Shown here: one piece after another, positions 17,946 to 26,679 of the stretch
Layout of the letters: each line of letters opens with the position of its first letter
How positions within the stretch are numbered: position 1 is the first letter of the stretch
Assembly: GCA_964235945.1 (NCBI GenBank)
Contig: CAXSDV010000003.1
Coordinates: 32,601-96,600 of the forward strand
Source of the DNA: an uncultured Caulobacteraceae bacterium
Lineage (GTDB): Bacteria > Pseudomonadota > Alphaproteobacteria > Caulobacterales > Caulobacteraceae
Length of the DNA stretch: 64,000 nt
Direction: 5' to 3'
The notes under the pieces: generated by a model
Seen by the model: the letters and a program-made list of their open reading frames with translations, nothing else
Database searches by the model: none
What the model was told of the DNA's origin: nothing
Translations under genes and position numbers: made by a program

Positions 17946-18905
17946 TCAGCCCGCGCGCTTGCGGGCCCGGGCGGGGGCGGCGACCGGCTCGGGCGCCGCG
18001 GCGCTCGCGGCCGGAGTCTTCGCGGCGCGCTTGGCGGGTGCGGGCTTGGACGGCTCCGCCTTGGTCTGGCCGGCCTTCGCCTTGGCCGCCGGCTTGGCCG
18101 CGGTCTTGGGCGCGGCGGGGGCGGGGGCGCTGCCGCGCTGCAGGCTGGCGCGCAGGGCGGCCATGAGGTCGATCACGTTGGTGTCGTCCGGCTCGGGCGC
18201 GGCCCCCACCGGCACGCGGCCGGCGGTCTTCTCCGCGATCAGCGCCTTGAGCGCCTCCTCGTAGCGGTCGACGAAGCCGCTCGGGTCGAACGGGCCCTTG
18301 CGCTGGTCGATGATGGCCTGGGCGATGCTGAGCATGGCCGGGTCGGGAGTGACGCTCTCCACCTCGGCGAAGGCTTCGCGCGCGTCCTTCACCTCCGCGG
18401 CGGAGCGCAGGCTCCACGCCATCAGGCCCTCGCCGTGGGGCTCCAGCGCCAGCAGGCGCTCGCGGGTGGACAGCACCACGCGCCCCAGGGCGATCTGGCC
18501 GGAGGCGCGCATGGCCTCGCGGATCACGGCGTAGGCCTCCTGGCCGATCTTGCCGTCCGGGGCCAGGAAGTAGGGGTGGTCCCAGTAGGTGCGGTCGATC
18601 TCCGCCTCCGGCACGAAGCGTTCGATGTCCAGCGTCTTGGTGCTCTCCAGCCGCACGGAGCGGATCTCCTCGTCGGAAAGCAGCACGTACTGGCCCTTCT
18701 CGACCTCGAAGCCCTTCACCAGGCTGCCGCGCTCCACCGGCCCCGTGTCCGGGTCGGTGGTGATCATGCGGATGCGGTTGTTGGTGGCGGGGTTGATCAG
18801 GTTGAAGTGCACGTCGCCCGCCGCCGAGGTCGCCGTGTAGAGCGCCACCGGGCAGGTCACGAGCGAGAGCTTCAGGTGGCCCCGCCAGGTCGGACGCAGC
18901 GCCAT
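17946..18905 (-). CDS. ku: Ku protein (non-homologous end joining)
   Basis: Part of ORF 17946..18962, starting at ATG 18905. MALRPTWRGHLKLSLVTCPVALYTATS..., YFLAPDG, LGRVVLSTRERL. Long Lys/Ala/Pro-rich C-terminal tail. Confidence 0.92.
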   Translation of the reverse strand: MALRPTWRGHLKLSLVTCPVALYTATSAAGDVHFNLINPATNNRIRMITTDPDTGPVERGSLVKGFEVEKGQYVLLSDEEIRSVRLESTKTLDIERFVPEAEIDRTYWDHPYFLAPDGKIGQEAYAVIREAMRASGQIALGRVVLSTRERLLALEPHGEGLMAWSLRSAAEVKDAREAFAEVESVTPDPAMLSIAQAIIDQRKGPFDPSGFVDRYEEALKALIAEKTAGRVPVGAAPEPDDTNVIDLMAALRASLQRGSAPAPAAPKTAAKPAAKAKAGQTKAEPSKPAPAKRAAKTPAASAAAPEPVAAPARARKRAG

Positions 18906-18960
18906 GTCCACACGTCTCCCGGCGGCCCGCCGGAAGGGCCGGGCCGCGAAGACTCCCACC

Positions 18961-18985
18961 AACGCCGGCGGGTGTGAATCGTTCG
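18961..18985 (-). promoter_or_regulatory. EcfG-type promoter-like motif upstream of ku, one mismatch
   Basis: The reverse strand reads cGAAC gattcacacccgccgg CGTT (N16), in the 82-nt gap upstream of the ku ATG (18905). Confidence 0.4.
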
Positions 18986-18987
18986 CT

Positions 18988-19236
18988 TCAGCCGCAGGGC
19001 CGCGCGTCGCCCTCGTCCAGGTCGACGCGGTAGCAGAGCTCGACGCCGTGCTCGTCGGCCACCAGCACCGAGACGGCGCCCGCCGCGTCCACCGGCGGGC
19101 TCCACCGCTCCACGAAGGCGACGGCCGCCTCCTCGAAGCTGCGGCCCTCCACCAGGTGGCTGCGCCGCGGGTCGTCCTGGCGCGCGTGCACGCGGTAGGC
19201 GCGGGCCTCGCCCGGGGGTGTCGCAGCGTCGGCCAC
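18988..19236 (-). CDS. Small hypothetical protein (82 aa)
   Basis: Inside ORF 18988..19344. GTG 19236 is preceded by GAGGAG at 7-nt spacing. The sequence (M)ADAATPPGEARAYRVHARQDDPRRSHLVEGRSFEEAAVAFVERW... matches no family I recognise. Confidence 0.5.
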   Translation of the reverse strand: MADAATPPGEARAYRVHARQDDPRRSHLVEGRSFEEAAVAFVERWSPPVDAAGAVSVLVADEHGVELCYRVDLDEGDARPCG

Positions 19237-19404
19237 GGCGCATCTCCTCAAGTGCGTCCGTCCGATGCGCCCGAATCGCCCCGCGCTCCAAGCGTCGCCG
19301 GCCGGTCGCGGCGGCGGCGGGCCGCCGGCGTTCCCACGGGCCATCTAATGTTAACCGCCATGGACGCACGTTGGGGACCTGCCGCGTAACCCGGAGCGTC
19401 CCCC

Positions 19405-20094
19405 ATGAAACCGATCGGCCCCGCCGTCGCCCTCTGCACCCTCCTCGCCACCGCTTCGGGCGCCCTGGCCCAGACGGGCGATGCGCCCCTGACCCACCGC
19501 TTCGCGCTCGGCGTCGGCGTCGGCACCAACGGCGGGGTGTTGGAGGGCGCATACGCCTTCAACCGCTACCTCGACGTGCGCGCCCAGGGCGCGGCCATCG
19601 GCTTCGACGCCGACTTCAAGTCGTCGGACGTCAAGTATAAGGGAAAGTTCCGCCAATTCACCGGCGGCGCCGACGTGGACCTGCACCCGTTCGGCAATCC
19701 CCTGCTGGTGGTGGGCGGCTTCGTGTCCGGCGAGCGCAAGGTGCGCGTCAAGGCCGACCCGACCGAGACGGCGACGGTGAAGATCAACGGCGTGACCTTC
19801 CCCGTCAGCCAAGTGATCTCGTTGAACGGCCAGGCCGACCTGGGCTCCACCGCCCCCTTCGCCGGGATCGGCTTCGACAACACCTTCACCCACGCGGGCC
19901 ATTGGGGCTTCCGCGCCGTGGGCGGCGTGATCTTCGGGCAGGACCCCAAGGTCCGGCTGGACGCCTCCGGCCCGTTCGCCACCAATCCGGCCGTGGTGGC
20001 GGCCGTGCAGAAGGAGGAGGCCTCGCTCCAGCACGACGTGGACGGCTACCGGTACTACCCCGTCGTCCAGGTCGGCGTGACCTACAGGTTCTGA
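19405..20094 (+). CDS. Outer-membrane beta-barrel protein (OmpW/porin-like)
   Basis: 229 aa. Signal peptide ...ATASGALAQ, alternating beta-strand pattern, C-terminal VQVGVTYRF with terminal Phe. Confidence 0.75.
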   Translation: MKPIGPAVALCTLLATASGALAQTGDAPLTHRFALGVGVGTNGGVLEGAYAFNRYLDVRAQGAAIGFDADFKSSDVKYKGKFRQFTGGADVDLHPFGNPLLVVGGFVSGERKVRVKADPTETATVKINGVTFPVSQVISLNGQADLGSTAPFAGIGFDNTFTHAGHWGFRAVGGVIFGQDPKVRLDASGPFATNPAVVAAVQKEEASLQHDVDGYRYYPVVQVGVTYRF

Positions 20095-20123
20095 GGAGGG
20101 CGCTCCCACGCCCGCGCCACCGC

Positions 20124-20142
20124 GGCCCGCTCCCGGCGGGCC
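20124..20142. terminator. GC hairpin between the OMP gene (+) and tRNA-Ala (-)
   Basis: ggcccgc-tcccg-gcgggcc: 7-bp stem with a 5-nt loop, immediately 3' of the tRNA (which ends at 20144) and 30 nt after the OMP stop. Confidence 0.35.
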
Positions 20143-20143
20143 C

Positions 20144-20219
20144 TGGTGGAGCCGAGGGGAGTCGAACCCCTGACCTCCTCATTGCGAACGAGGCGCTCTA
20201 CCAACTGAGCTACGGCCCC
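20144..20219 (-). tRNA. tRNA-Ala (anticodon CGC), CCA encoded
   Basis: The reverse complement GGGGCCGTAGCTCAGTTGGTAGAGCGCCTCGTTCGCAATGAGGAGGTCAGGGGTTCGACTCCCCTCGGCTCCACCA folds as a cloverleaf. It has the G3:U70 Ala identity pair, anticodon loop TTCGCAA and T-loop GGTTCGA. Confidence 0.93.
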
Positions 20220-20355
20220 CCGGAGGGAGGGCGGTGGATAGCTGGGGCGCTCCGGGGCTGTCAAGCGATCGGGGCCGAAGGCGCGCGTCCTTGCGGCCGA
20301 ACGGAGCGGGAGGCTAGAGAAGCGGGCGCGCCGGCTCCGGCGCCCGGGGACCCTC

Positions 20356-20661
20356 ATGGGCAGCGCGCTTCTCTTCCTGTTCGACTCGCTGATCGGCTTG
20401 GCGGAGCTGGTGATCATCGCCGGCGCCGTGCTGTCCTTGTTGATCGCCTTCGACGTGGTGAACACGCGCAACCCCAACGTCCGCCGGCTGGCGGTGATGC
20501 TGGAGCGGCTGAACGACCCCATGCTGCGGCCGATCCGCCGCCTGCTGCCCAACCTGGGCGGGATCGACATCAGCCCCATCATCCTGCTGCTGCTCCTGCA
20601 GGCGCTGCAGATCCTCGTGCACCGCACGGTCGGCCCGGCGCTGGTGGCCGCCACCGGCTGA
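20356..20661 (+). CDS. yggT: YggT family membrane protein
   Basis: 101 aa, two TM segments. N..R.L...L.RL.DP.L.PIRR.LP..GGIDISPI is typical of YggT. Confidence 0.85.
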   Translation: MGSALLFLFDSLIGLAELVIIAGAVLSLLIAFDVVNTRNPNVRRLAVMLERLNDPMLRPIRRLLPNLGGIDISPIILLLLLQALQILVHRTVGPALVAATG

Positions 20662-20745
20662 GCCGTCGTCGCCCCGACCGTCGTCGGGCGCGGGCGGGGG
20701 CGCGGACCCGCATCATCGCGCCCAGGCCCCATCAGTCCGACACGG

Positions 20746-22365
20746 TCATCGCGGCGGGTTGAGCAGGCGGGCGACGTCCGCCTCGCGCTCCACGGAGGGG
20801 CGCAGGTCCGGCGCGTGGCGCAGGTGGGAGGCCGCCTCGTAGGCCGCGCCAAGGCGCAGCAGATCGGCCTCGCGCCAGGGGCCGGCGATGAAGGACAGGC
20901 CCACGGGCAGGCCGCGCACATAGCCCATGGGCACGGTCAGGTGCGGATAGCCGGCGACGGCGGCGAGGGAGGTCGCGCCCTCGCCCTCCACATGGTCGCC
21001 GTCCACCGCGTCCGACAGCCAGGCGGGGCCGGTGGTGGGGGCGATCAGCGCGTCCAGCCGATGCTGGGCCAGGAGCTTGTCGATCCCGTCCGGCCCCGCC
21101 GCCTGCAGCGAGTCGGCGCGCGCCTGCAGGTAGGCGTGGTCGGACAGCCCCCCGGTCGCCTGGGCCGTCTCGAACTCGTCCTGGCCGAACAGGGCCAGCT
21201 CGCGCGGGTCCGCGCGGTTGAAGGCGATCAGGTCGGCCAGGGTGCGGGTGCGCACCTTCGCCGGGTCGGTGGAGGCGAGGTAGGCGTTCAGGTCCACCTT
21301 CAGCTCCGTCATCAGCACCTTGAACTCGTTGGCGGCGAGGTCGCCCGGCGGCCGGTAGTCGGCGATGTCGACCAGTTCGGCCCCCTGGGCGCGCAGGGTC
21401 GCCAGCGCCGCGGCGAACAGCGCCTTTTCGGGGGGCGACACGTCCGCGGCGTAGCGCAGCACGCCCAGCCGCTTGCCGCGCAGGGTCGCGCCCCGCAGGG
21501 CGGCGACATAGTCGACGCGGTGGGAGTCGGCGGCGGCGGTGGCCGCGTCCTCGGGGTCGGAGCCCGCCATGGCGGTGAGCAGGGCGGCGGCGTCCGCCAC
21601 CGTGCGCGCCATGGGGCCGGCGGTGTCCTGGCTGTGGCTGATGGGCGCGATGCGCGTGCGCGACACGAGCCCCACCGTGGGTTTCAGCCCCACCAGCCCG
21701 TTCACGGACGAGGGGCAGGTGATCGAGCCGTCGGTCTCCGTGCCCACGCCGGCCGCCGCCAGGTCCGCCGCCACCGCCGCTCCCGTGCCGGAGGAGGAGC
21801 CGCAGCTGTTGCGGTCGAGCGCGTAGGGGTTCCTCACCAGGCCCCCCGTCCCCGACCAGCCGGAGATGGACCGCGCCGAGCGGATGTTGGCCCATTCCGA
21901 CAGGTTGGTCTTGCCCAGGATCACCGCCCCCGCCGCCCTCAGGCGCGCCGCCACCGGCGCGTCGCGCCCCGTCACGTTCGCCGCCAGCGCCAGGGAGCCC
22001 GCGGTGGTGGCCATGCGGTCGCGCGTCTCGACATTGTCCTTGAGGAGGATCGGCACGCCGTGGAGCGGGCCGCGCACCCGCCCCGCCCGGCGCTCGGCGT
22101 CCAGGGCGCGCGCCTGGGCGAGCGCGTCCGGGTTGAGCGCGATCACGCTGTGCAGCGCGGGCCCCGCCCGGTCGATCCGGCGGATGCGGAGGAGGTAGGC
22201 GCGGGTCAGCGCCTCGGAGCTGGTGCGCCCGGCGGCCAGGTCCGCGGCGAGCTCGGCGATCGACCGCTCGGCCGCTGCGGGCGCGGGGCGGCGCGGCGGC
22301 GCGGCCCGGGCGCCGGAAGCCAGCACCAGGGCGGCGAGGAGGGCGGGCGGGAGCGCGAGTCGCAT
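20746..22365 (-). CDS. Secreted amidase (amidase-signature family)
   Basis: Part of ORF 20746..22422, starting at ATG 22365 (MRLALPPALLAALVLASGARA signal). GVPILLKDN, GGSSSGTGAAVAA, GTETDGSITCPS are amidase-signature (AS) motifs. Confidence 0.85.
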   Translation of the reverse strand: MRLALPPALLAALVLASGARAAPPRRPAPAAAERSIAELAADLAAGRTSSEALTRAYLLRIRRIDRAGPALHSVIALNPDALAQARALDAERRAGRVRGPLHGVPILLKDNVETRDRMATTAGSLALAANVTGRDAPVAARLRAAGAVILGKTNLSEWANIRSARSISGWSGTGGLVRNPYALDRNSCGSSSGTGAAVAADLAAAGVGTETDGSITCPSSVNGLVGLKPTVGLVSRTRIAPISHSQDTAGPMARTVADAAALLTAMAGSDPEDAATAAADSHRVDYVAALRGATLRGKRLGVLRYAADVSPPEKALFAAALATLRAQGAELVDIADYRPPGDLAANEFKVLMTELKVDLNAYLASTDPAKVRTRTLADLIAFNRADPRELALFGQDEFETAQATGGLSDHAYLQARADSLQAAGPDGIDKLLAQHRLDALIAPTTGPAWLSDAVDGDHVEGEGATSLAAVAGYPHLTVPMGYVRGLPVGLSFIAGPWREADLLRLGAAYEAASHLRHAPDLRPSVEREADVARLLNPPR

Positions 22366-22526
22366 GGGGTGTCCTGAACGGCCGTCCCCAGCGGAGCCGT
22401 CCGCCTTGCCGCCGTCAAGCATGCTCGGCGCGCGACGCGCAACGCGGATCGGCGGGCGGGCCCGGGCGTTGCGGCGGCGTCCGGGGCGGGCCTCCTCCTC
22501 CTCCGGCGACCAAAGGGGGATCGACC

Positions 22527-22883
22527 TTGAGAACCGTCCTGACCGCCGCCCTCGCCGCGGCCTGCGTGTGCGCCGCCGCGGCGCCCGCCTCCGCCTCGCC
22601 CTACGCGATCGACAAGCTGCACGACCGCGAGAACCGCATCCAGGACGCGGTGGACCAGCGCCGCGCGTCCACCCGGGTGGGCGACCAGCTGATCCGGGTC
22701 AAGAAGCTGGAGGAGCGGATGCGCGCGCGCCACGGGTCCAACCTGACGCGCGCCGATTTCGAGGTCCTGAACGCCAGGCTCGACGCGCTCGAAGGCGTGC
22801 GCCACCGCCACCGCCGCGGCGCCGACCACGGCCGCAGCGGGCCCCACCAGATCACGACCACCACGACCACCGTCAGGCGTTGA
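22527..22883 (+). CDS. Small secreted hypothetical protein
   Basis: 118 aa. TTG start preceded by AGGGGGA. Signal peptide MRTVLTAALAAACVCAAAAPASA, a charged helical middle, and a His/Arg- and Thr-rich tail (ITTTTTTVRR). Confidence 0.55.
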   Translation: MRTVLTAALAAACVCAAAAPASASPYAIDKLHDRENRIQDAVDQRRASTRVGDQLIRVKKLEERMRARHGSNLTRADFEVLNARLDALEGVRHRHRRGADHGRSGPHQITTTTTTVRR

Positions 22884-24621
22884 CCTCCAGGGCGGCCGCC
22901 AGCGCGCCGGCGTAGCGGGCGCGGGCGCGCAGGAGCCGCGCGTGCTCGGCCGGCCAGCCCGCGTGGGCGTCCGCCGCCATGCTCCACAGGCCGAGCTGGA
23001 AGGCGAGGTAGGCGAGCGTGTGGAAGGCGAGCCGTTCGCCGTCCACCACGAGGTCCCGCGCGAGGCGGGCGGCGGCCGCGGCGTCCAGGGCGAGTTCCAC
23101 CTGGGCGCCCGCCACGTCCCAGGCCACGTCCTGGGCGCCGATCAGGTCGTGGGCGCGGGCGTGGTCCAGCGCGTCGGTCTTGAGCAGGCCGCCGTCGGGC
23201 GGGAGCATCCACTCGTGCAGGTGCAGCCGGTTGTCGGTCCACACGCGCCGGCCGCGCGCGGCGAGGGCGGCCAGGCGCGGCTCCCACGCGTCCAGCGGTC
23301 GCGCGGCCTCTTCGCCCAACGCTTCCGCGGCGTTGGCGCGCGCCATGGCGAGGAGGGTCCGCAGGTCCGCCCCGTCGCCTTCCCCGGCGGGGAAAGCCCG
23401 CGCGCGGAAGGCGAGGTGGGCGCCCACCGCGGCGGCGGCGCGTCCGCGGTCGGCGGGCGTGTCCGCCAACGGGCGCGCGCCCTCCAGCCAAGGCTCCACC
23501 AGCCAGCCGCCGCGCAGCGCCAGCGGCTCGGGCGAGAGGCCGGCGGCGTGCAGCGCCCGGGCGCGGGCGAGCTTGGCCGCGCCCTCGCGGCCGCCCAGCC
23601 CCGCCCACTTGAGGCGGAACGCGCCGCGCGCCGTCTCCAGGCGGAACTTGAGCCGCTCGGCGCCGGCGTCCACGGCGGGCCAGTGCGCCTCCTCCGCGTA
23701 GAGGCGCGCGCGCCAGGCCCCGCCGGACAGGTCCTCCAGCGGGCCGAGGGCGGGGCCGACCACGTCCTCCAGTCGCCGCGCCAGCCCCCGAACCGCGTCG
23801 TGCGGGTCGAGCTCGGGACGGTCGCCGCCCGCGACGCGGCGGGTCGCCGCCCAGCGCGCGCGGCGCACCTCCCCCGCCTGCGGGCCGAGGTCGCCGGCGT
23901 GGCCGGGCAGGGCCACCAGCCGCGCGCGGTCCACGCCGGCCGCCTCCAGCGCGTCCAGCGCCGCGGCGAGGGAGGAGCCCGACAGGCCCGGTCCCTCGTC
24001 GGCCACCGCCCAGGTGCGCCCGGCCTCGCGCCGCCACTCGGCCAGGAGCGGCGGGGCGACGGCGAGCCGGCGGTCGAACGGGTGGCCGACCGGGCGCACG
24101 GTGACGGGAACGGGGGCGCCCACCGCCGCCGCCGCCATGGCCGCTAGCCCCGCGCCGATGGAGCGCAGGCCCAGCACCCGGCTTTGCGCGTCCAGCCCCG
24201 CGGCGCGCGCGGCCTCCGCGTGGCCCTCGGGCTGGAGCGCATAGAAGGCGTAACCCTCCGCCAGCCGCACCTCGACCTCCGGCGGGAAGGGCAGGGCGGC
24301 CAGCGCTTCGGCCGAGGCGGGCGCGCACGGCGCGTCGCCCTCGAAGCCCGCGCGCCAGGAGGCGTCCACACGCCGGGCGAGATCGGTCAGCCACGTCATC
24401 GCGGCGGCGTGCAGAGGGGTGCGCGCGTCTTCGCCGGTATCCGCGAACTCGGCGTCGACCAGGCCCTGGACGAGGGCGGCGGCGTCCACGAAGGCGTCCG
24501 TCAGCCGGGCGTGGCGCGCCGCTCCGGCGGGCGCGGCCGCCAGCCCCGCCAGTTCGGCGCGGATGCGGCGGAGTTCGGCGGCGGGGTCCAGCCGGGAGAC
24601 GGCGTCGCCGTAGACGATCAC
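22873..24621 (-). CDS. Hypothetical 582-aa two-domain protein (C-terminal half weakly kinase/APH-like); last gene of the ino1 operon
   Basis: Part of ORF 22873..24819, starting at GTG 24621 (GTGA overlap with the upstream phosphatase stop). The C-terminal half has FRLKWAG...HLHEWMLPPDGGLLKTDALDH..DLIGAQDVAWD, reminiscent of aminoglycoside/choline-kinase-type folds. The mid-region AVADEGPGLSGSS is weakly PRPP-loop-like. Function unknown. Confidence 0.6.
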   Translation of the reverse strand: MIVYGDAVSRLDPAAELRRIRAELAGLAAAPAGAARHARLTDAFVDAAALVQGLVDAEFADTGEDARTPLHAAAMTWLTDLARRVDASWRAGFEGDAPCAPASAEALAALPFPPEVEVRLAEGYAFYALQPEGHAEAARAAGLDAQSRVLGLRSIGAGLAAMAAAAVGAPVPVTVRPVGHPFDRRLAVAPPLLAEWRREAGRTWAVADEGPGLSGSSLAAALDALEAAGVDRARLVALPGHAGDLGPQAGEVRRARWAATRRVAGGDRPELDPHDAVRGLARRLEDVVGPALGPLEDLSGGAWRARLYAEEAHWPAVDAGAERLKFRLETARGAFRLKWAGLGGREGAAKLARARALHAAGLSPEPLALRGGWLVEPWLEGARPLADTPADRGRAAAAVGAHLAFRARAFPAGEGDGADLRTLLAMARANAAEALGEEAARPLDAWEPRLAALAARGRRVWTDNRLHLHEWMLPPDGGLLKTDALDHARAHDLIGAQDVAWDVAGAQVELALDAAAAARLARDLVVDGERLAFHTLAYLAFQLGLWSMAADAHAGWPAEHARLLRARARYAGALAAALEVNA

Positions 24622-25136
24622 GGGGCGGCGGCGTCCTCGCGCAGGTGGCGGTAGGCGATCGCCGCGAAGGCGTCGAAGTCCGGCGCGGCGATCCCCCGCG
24701 CCTCCAGCCACGCCGCCCAGGCCCCGTACTGGGCGGGCGAGGGTGAGACCTGCCAGCGGGCGGCCTTGGCGCGCTCCAGCGCGTCCAGGGGGGTCGCCCC
24801 CGCGTCCACCAGCGCGCACAGCGCCAGCAGGGCCGAGCGGCCCACCCCTTCGCGGCAGTGGACCACCGCGCGGCGGCCGCGCACGAACGCCACGCCCCGG
24901 TCGAGGTCGGCGCCCGTGACGGCGTGGTGGTCGGGGGTGGGCAGGTGCAGGAAGGCGATCCCCGCCGCCGCCAGCGCCCCCGGGTCGTCGCGGGCCTCCG
25001 CGCGCAGGTCCACGGCCGCGGTCACGCCCTGCGCGCCCAGGGCGGGCCAGGCCGAGGTCGGCAGCTCGCCCGCCACGGCGAGGTCCGGCGTGATCCAGTC
25101 GAGGTTCAACGCCCCGGCCGGCGCGGCCCCGGTCAC
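24618..25136 (-). CDS. Dual-specificity / PTP-like phosphatase (HCX5R)
   Basis: Part of ORF 24618..25808, starting at GTG 25136 (GTGA overlap). 172 aa with the active-site loop VVHCREGVGRSAL. Confidence 0.8.
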   Translation of the reverse strand: MTGAAPAGALNLDWITPDLAVAGELPTSAWPALGAQGVTAAVDLRAEARDDPGALAAAGIAFLHLPTPDHHAVTGADLDRGVAFVRGRRAVVHCREGVGRSALLALCALVDAGATPLDALERAKAARWQVSPSPAQYGAWAAWLEARGIAAPDFDAFAAIAYRHLREDAAAP

Positions 25137-26053
25137 GCCGGGGCGGACCGGGGCGCGGCGGCGGCGGCGGGCGCCGGGGCGTAGCGCTCCACCATCTCCG
25201 TGCAGAAGTCGGCGAAGGCGGACGGGTCGCGCGGGGCGCTGGTGTGGTGCGGCTCGATCCCCAGCTCCTCCGGGGTGAAGCAGAAGGTCGTGGTGACGTC
25301 GAAGCCGGCCAGCGCCTCCATCTGCCGGTCGAACCAGTCGAGCGCGCCCGGGCGCAGGCGGTCGGCCCAGGAGAGGCCCGTGCGCAGGTAGGTGACGCCC
25401 AGCTCCTTCATCCAGCGCACCGCGTCGTCCAGCCGGTGGTCCTCGTAGTGGAACCATTGGCACAGCCCCAGGCCGTCGGGGCCGGCGTGGGGCCGGAAGG
25501 CCTCCAGCGCCTTCTTGGGCCGGCCGGTCTCGTCCAAGAGGCCCATGGCGAAATGGCGGTAGTAGGAGGAGCCCTCCGCCTCCTTGTGGCGGGTGGTCGC
25601 CTCCCAGGCCTGGGGCAGGTCGTAGAGCGAGTACCAGTGGATGCGCGGCGCCCGGCCGACCAGAAGTTCGGCGCTGCGCGTGACGCCCCAGGCGGCCACC
25701 TCCTCCGCCCCGAAGGAGGAGACGCCCACCTCGCTGACCCACAGGGGCCGGTCGCCGATCACCGGGCGGATCTCGTCGAGCTTGCTCGGCCAGTCGTGGA
25801 TCGACCACAGGTTCCAGTCGAGCGGGAAGCCGTGCACGGCCACCACGTCGATCTCGTCCATCGCGCCGTAGCCGGTCAGTCGGTTGATGAAGGAGGGGTC
25901 GATGGGGCTCATCCCGCCCAGCACCCGGGGCAGGCGCGGGTTGGCGGCCTTGATCGCGCGGCCGCCCGCCTTCACGAGGTCGCCGAACTTGGACCAGTCC
26001 GGGTCGACGCCGGGGTCCCAGTGGCTCTTGTTGTTGGGCTCGTTCCAGATCAT
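25133..26053 (-). CDS. Clan GH-A TIM-barrel glycosidase-like protein, apparently circularly permuted
   Basis: Part of ORF 25133..26623, starting at ATG 26053. Begins MIWNEPNN (acid/base NEP motif), then VAVHGFP, LWVSEVG (nucleophile-type E) and HWYSLYD. Only after these come the segments that normally lie at the N-terminus: MKELGVTYLRTGLSWADRL...DWFDRQM...FDVTTTFCF...FADFCTEMVERY. Confidence 0.65.
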   Translation of the reverse strand: MIWNEPNNKSHWDPGVDPDWSKFGDLVKAGGRAIKAANPRLPRVLGGMSPIDPSFINRLTGYGAMDEIDVVAVHGFPLDWNLWSIHDWPSKLDEIRPVIGDRPLWVSEVGVSSFGAEEVAAWGVTRSAELLVGRAPRIHWYSLYDLPQAWEATTRHKEAEGSSYYRHFAMGLLDETGRPKKALEAFRPHAGPDGLGLCQWFHYEDHRLDDAVRWMKELGVTYLRTGLSWADRLRPGALDWFDRQMEALAGFDVTTTFCFTPEELGIEPHHTSAPRDPSAFADFCTEMVERYAPAPAAAAAPRSAPA

Positions 26054-26064
26054 CGCCGCTTCGA

Positions 26065-26679
26065 TCAAGGGCGGGGCTCCTGTGGGATGGCCGGGGCCAG
26101 GGCGTTGACGCGCAGCACCTTGGCCCCCCAGTCGCCGGTGACGACGGTGGTGACGGAGGCGGGCGAGATCTCGAGGCGGTGGTGCAGGTCCAGGCCGATT
26201 CCCAGCCACCAGCACACCAGCGCCTTGACGATGTCCGAGTGGCACACGGCCACCACCGTCCCGTCCGGGTGGGCGGCCGCCATCTCCTGCACGGCGCGGG
26301 CGGCGCGCACCTGCGCCTCGCCCAGGCTCTCGCCGTTCGGCGGGCGGTTGAGCGAGCGGCGCTCGTTCCAGGCGGTCCAGCGCGGGTCGGCTTGCAGTTC
26401 GTCGAAGGTCATCCCCGTCCAGTCGCCGAAGTCGACCTCGACCAGGCCGGGCGTCTCCACCAGCGGGGCGCCCAGCGCCTCGGCCAGGGGGGCGGCGGTC
26501 TCCCGCGCGCGCTGGAGCGGGCTCGTGTGGACGGCGTCGGCGCCCTCGGGGATCAGCGTGGCGACCCGGCGCGCCTGGGCGTGGCCCTCGTCGGACAGGC
26601 CCACCCCCTCCATGCGCCCGCACAGCACCCGGTTCAGCCGGCCGTGCGTCCCGTGGCGCACGAGGTGCAGGAGGGTCAC
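26065..26679 (-). CDS. Histidine phosphatase family protein (phosphoglycerate-mutase-like)
   Basis: Part of ORF 26065..26862, starting at GTG 26679 (GTGA overlap with the ino1 stop). [11 protein letters not shown] (RHG motif), [19 protein letters not shown]. Confidence 0.85.
   Translation of the reverse strand: MTLLHLVRHGTHGRLNRVLCGRMEGVGLSDEGHAQARRVATLIPEGADAVHTSPLQRARETAAPLAEALGAPLVETPGLVEVDFGDWTGMTFDELQADPRWTAWNERRSLNRPPNGESLGEAQVRAARAVQEMAAAHPDGTVVAVCHSDIVKALVCWWLGIGLDLHHRLEISPASVTTVVTGDWGAKVLRVNALAPAIPQEPRP

Noticed and set aside
22375-22401. tGAAC-N18-CGTC upstream of the small secreted protein gene, as a further EcfG promoter.
   Set aside because: It has the wrong spacer length (18) plus mismatches in both the -35 and -10 elements, so it is indistinguishable from chance in GC-rich DNA.
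20144-22422. tRNA-Ala as an integration site for a genomic island.
   Set aside because: There is no integrase, excisionase, phage or IS gene on either side. I found no direct repeat of the tRNA 3' end in the neighbouring sequence. The flanking genes (OMP, yggT, amidase) look like ordinary chromosome.
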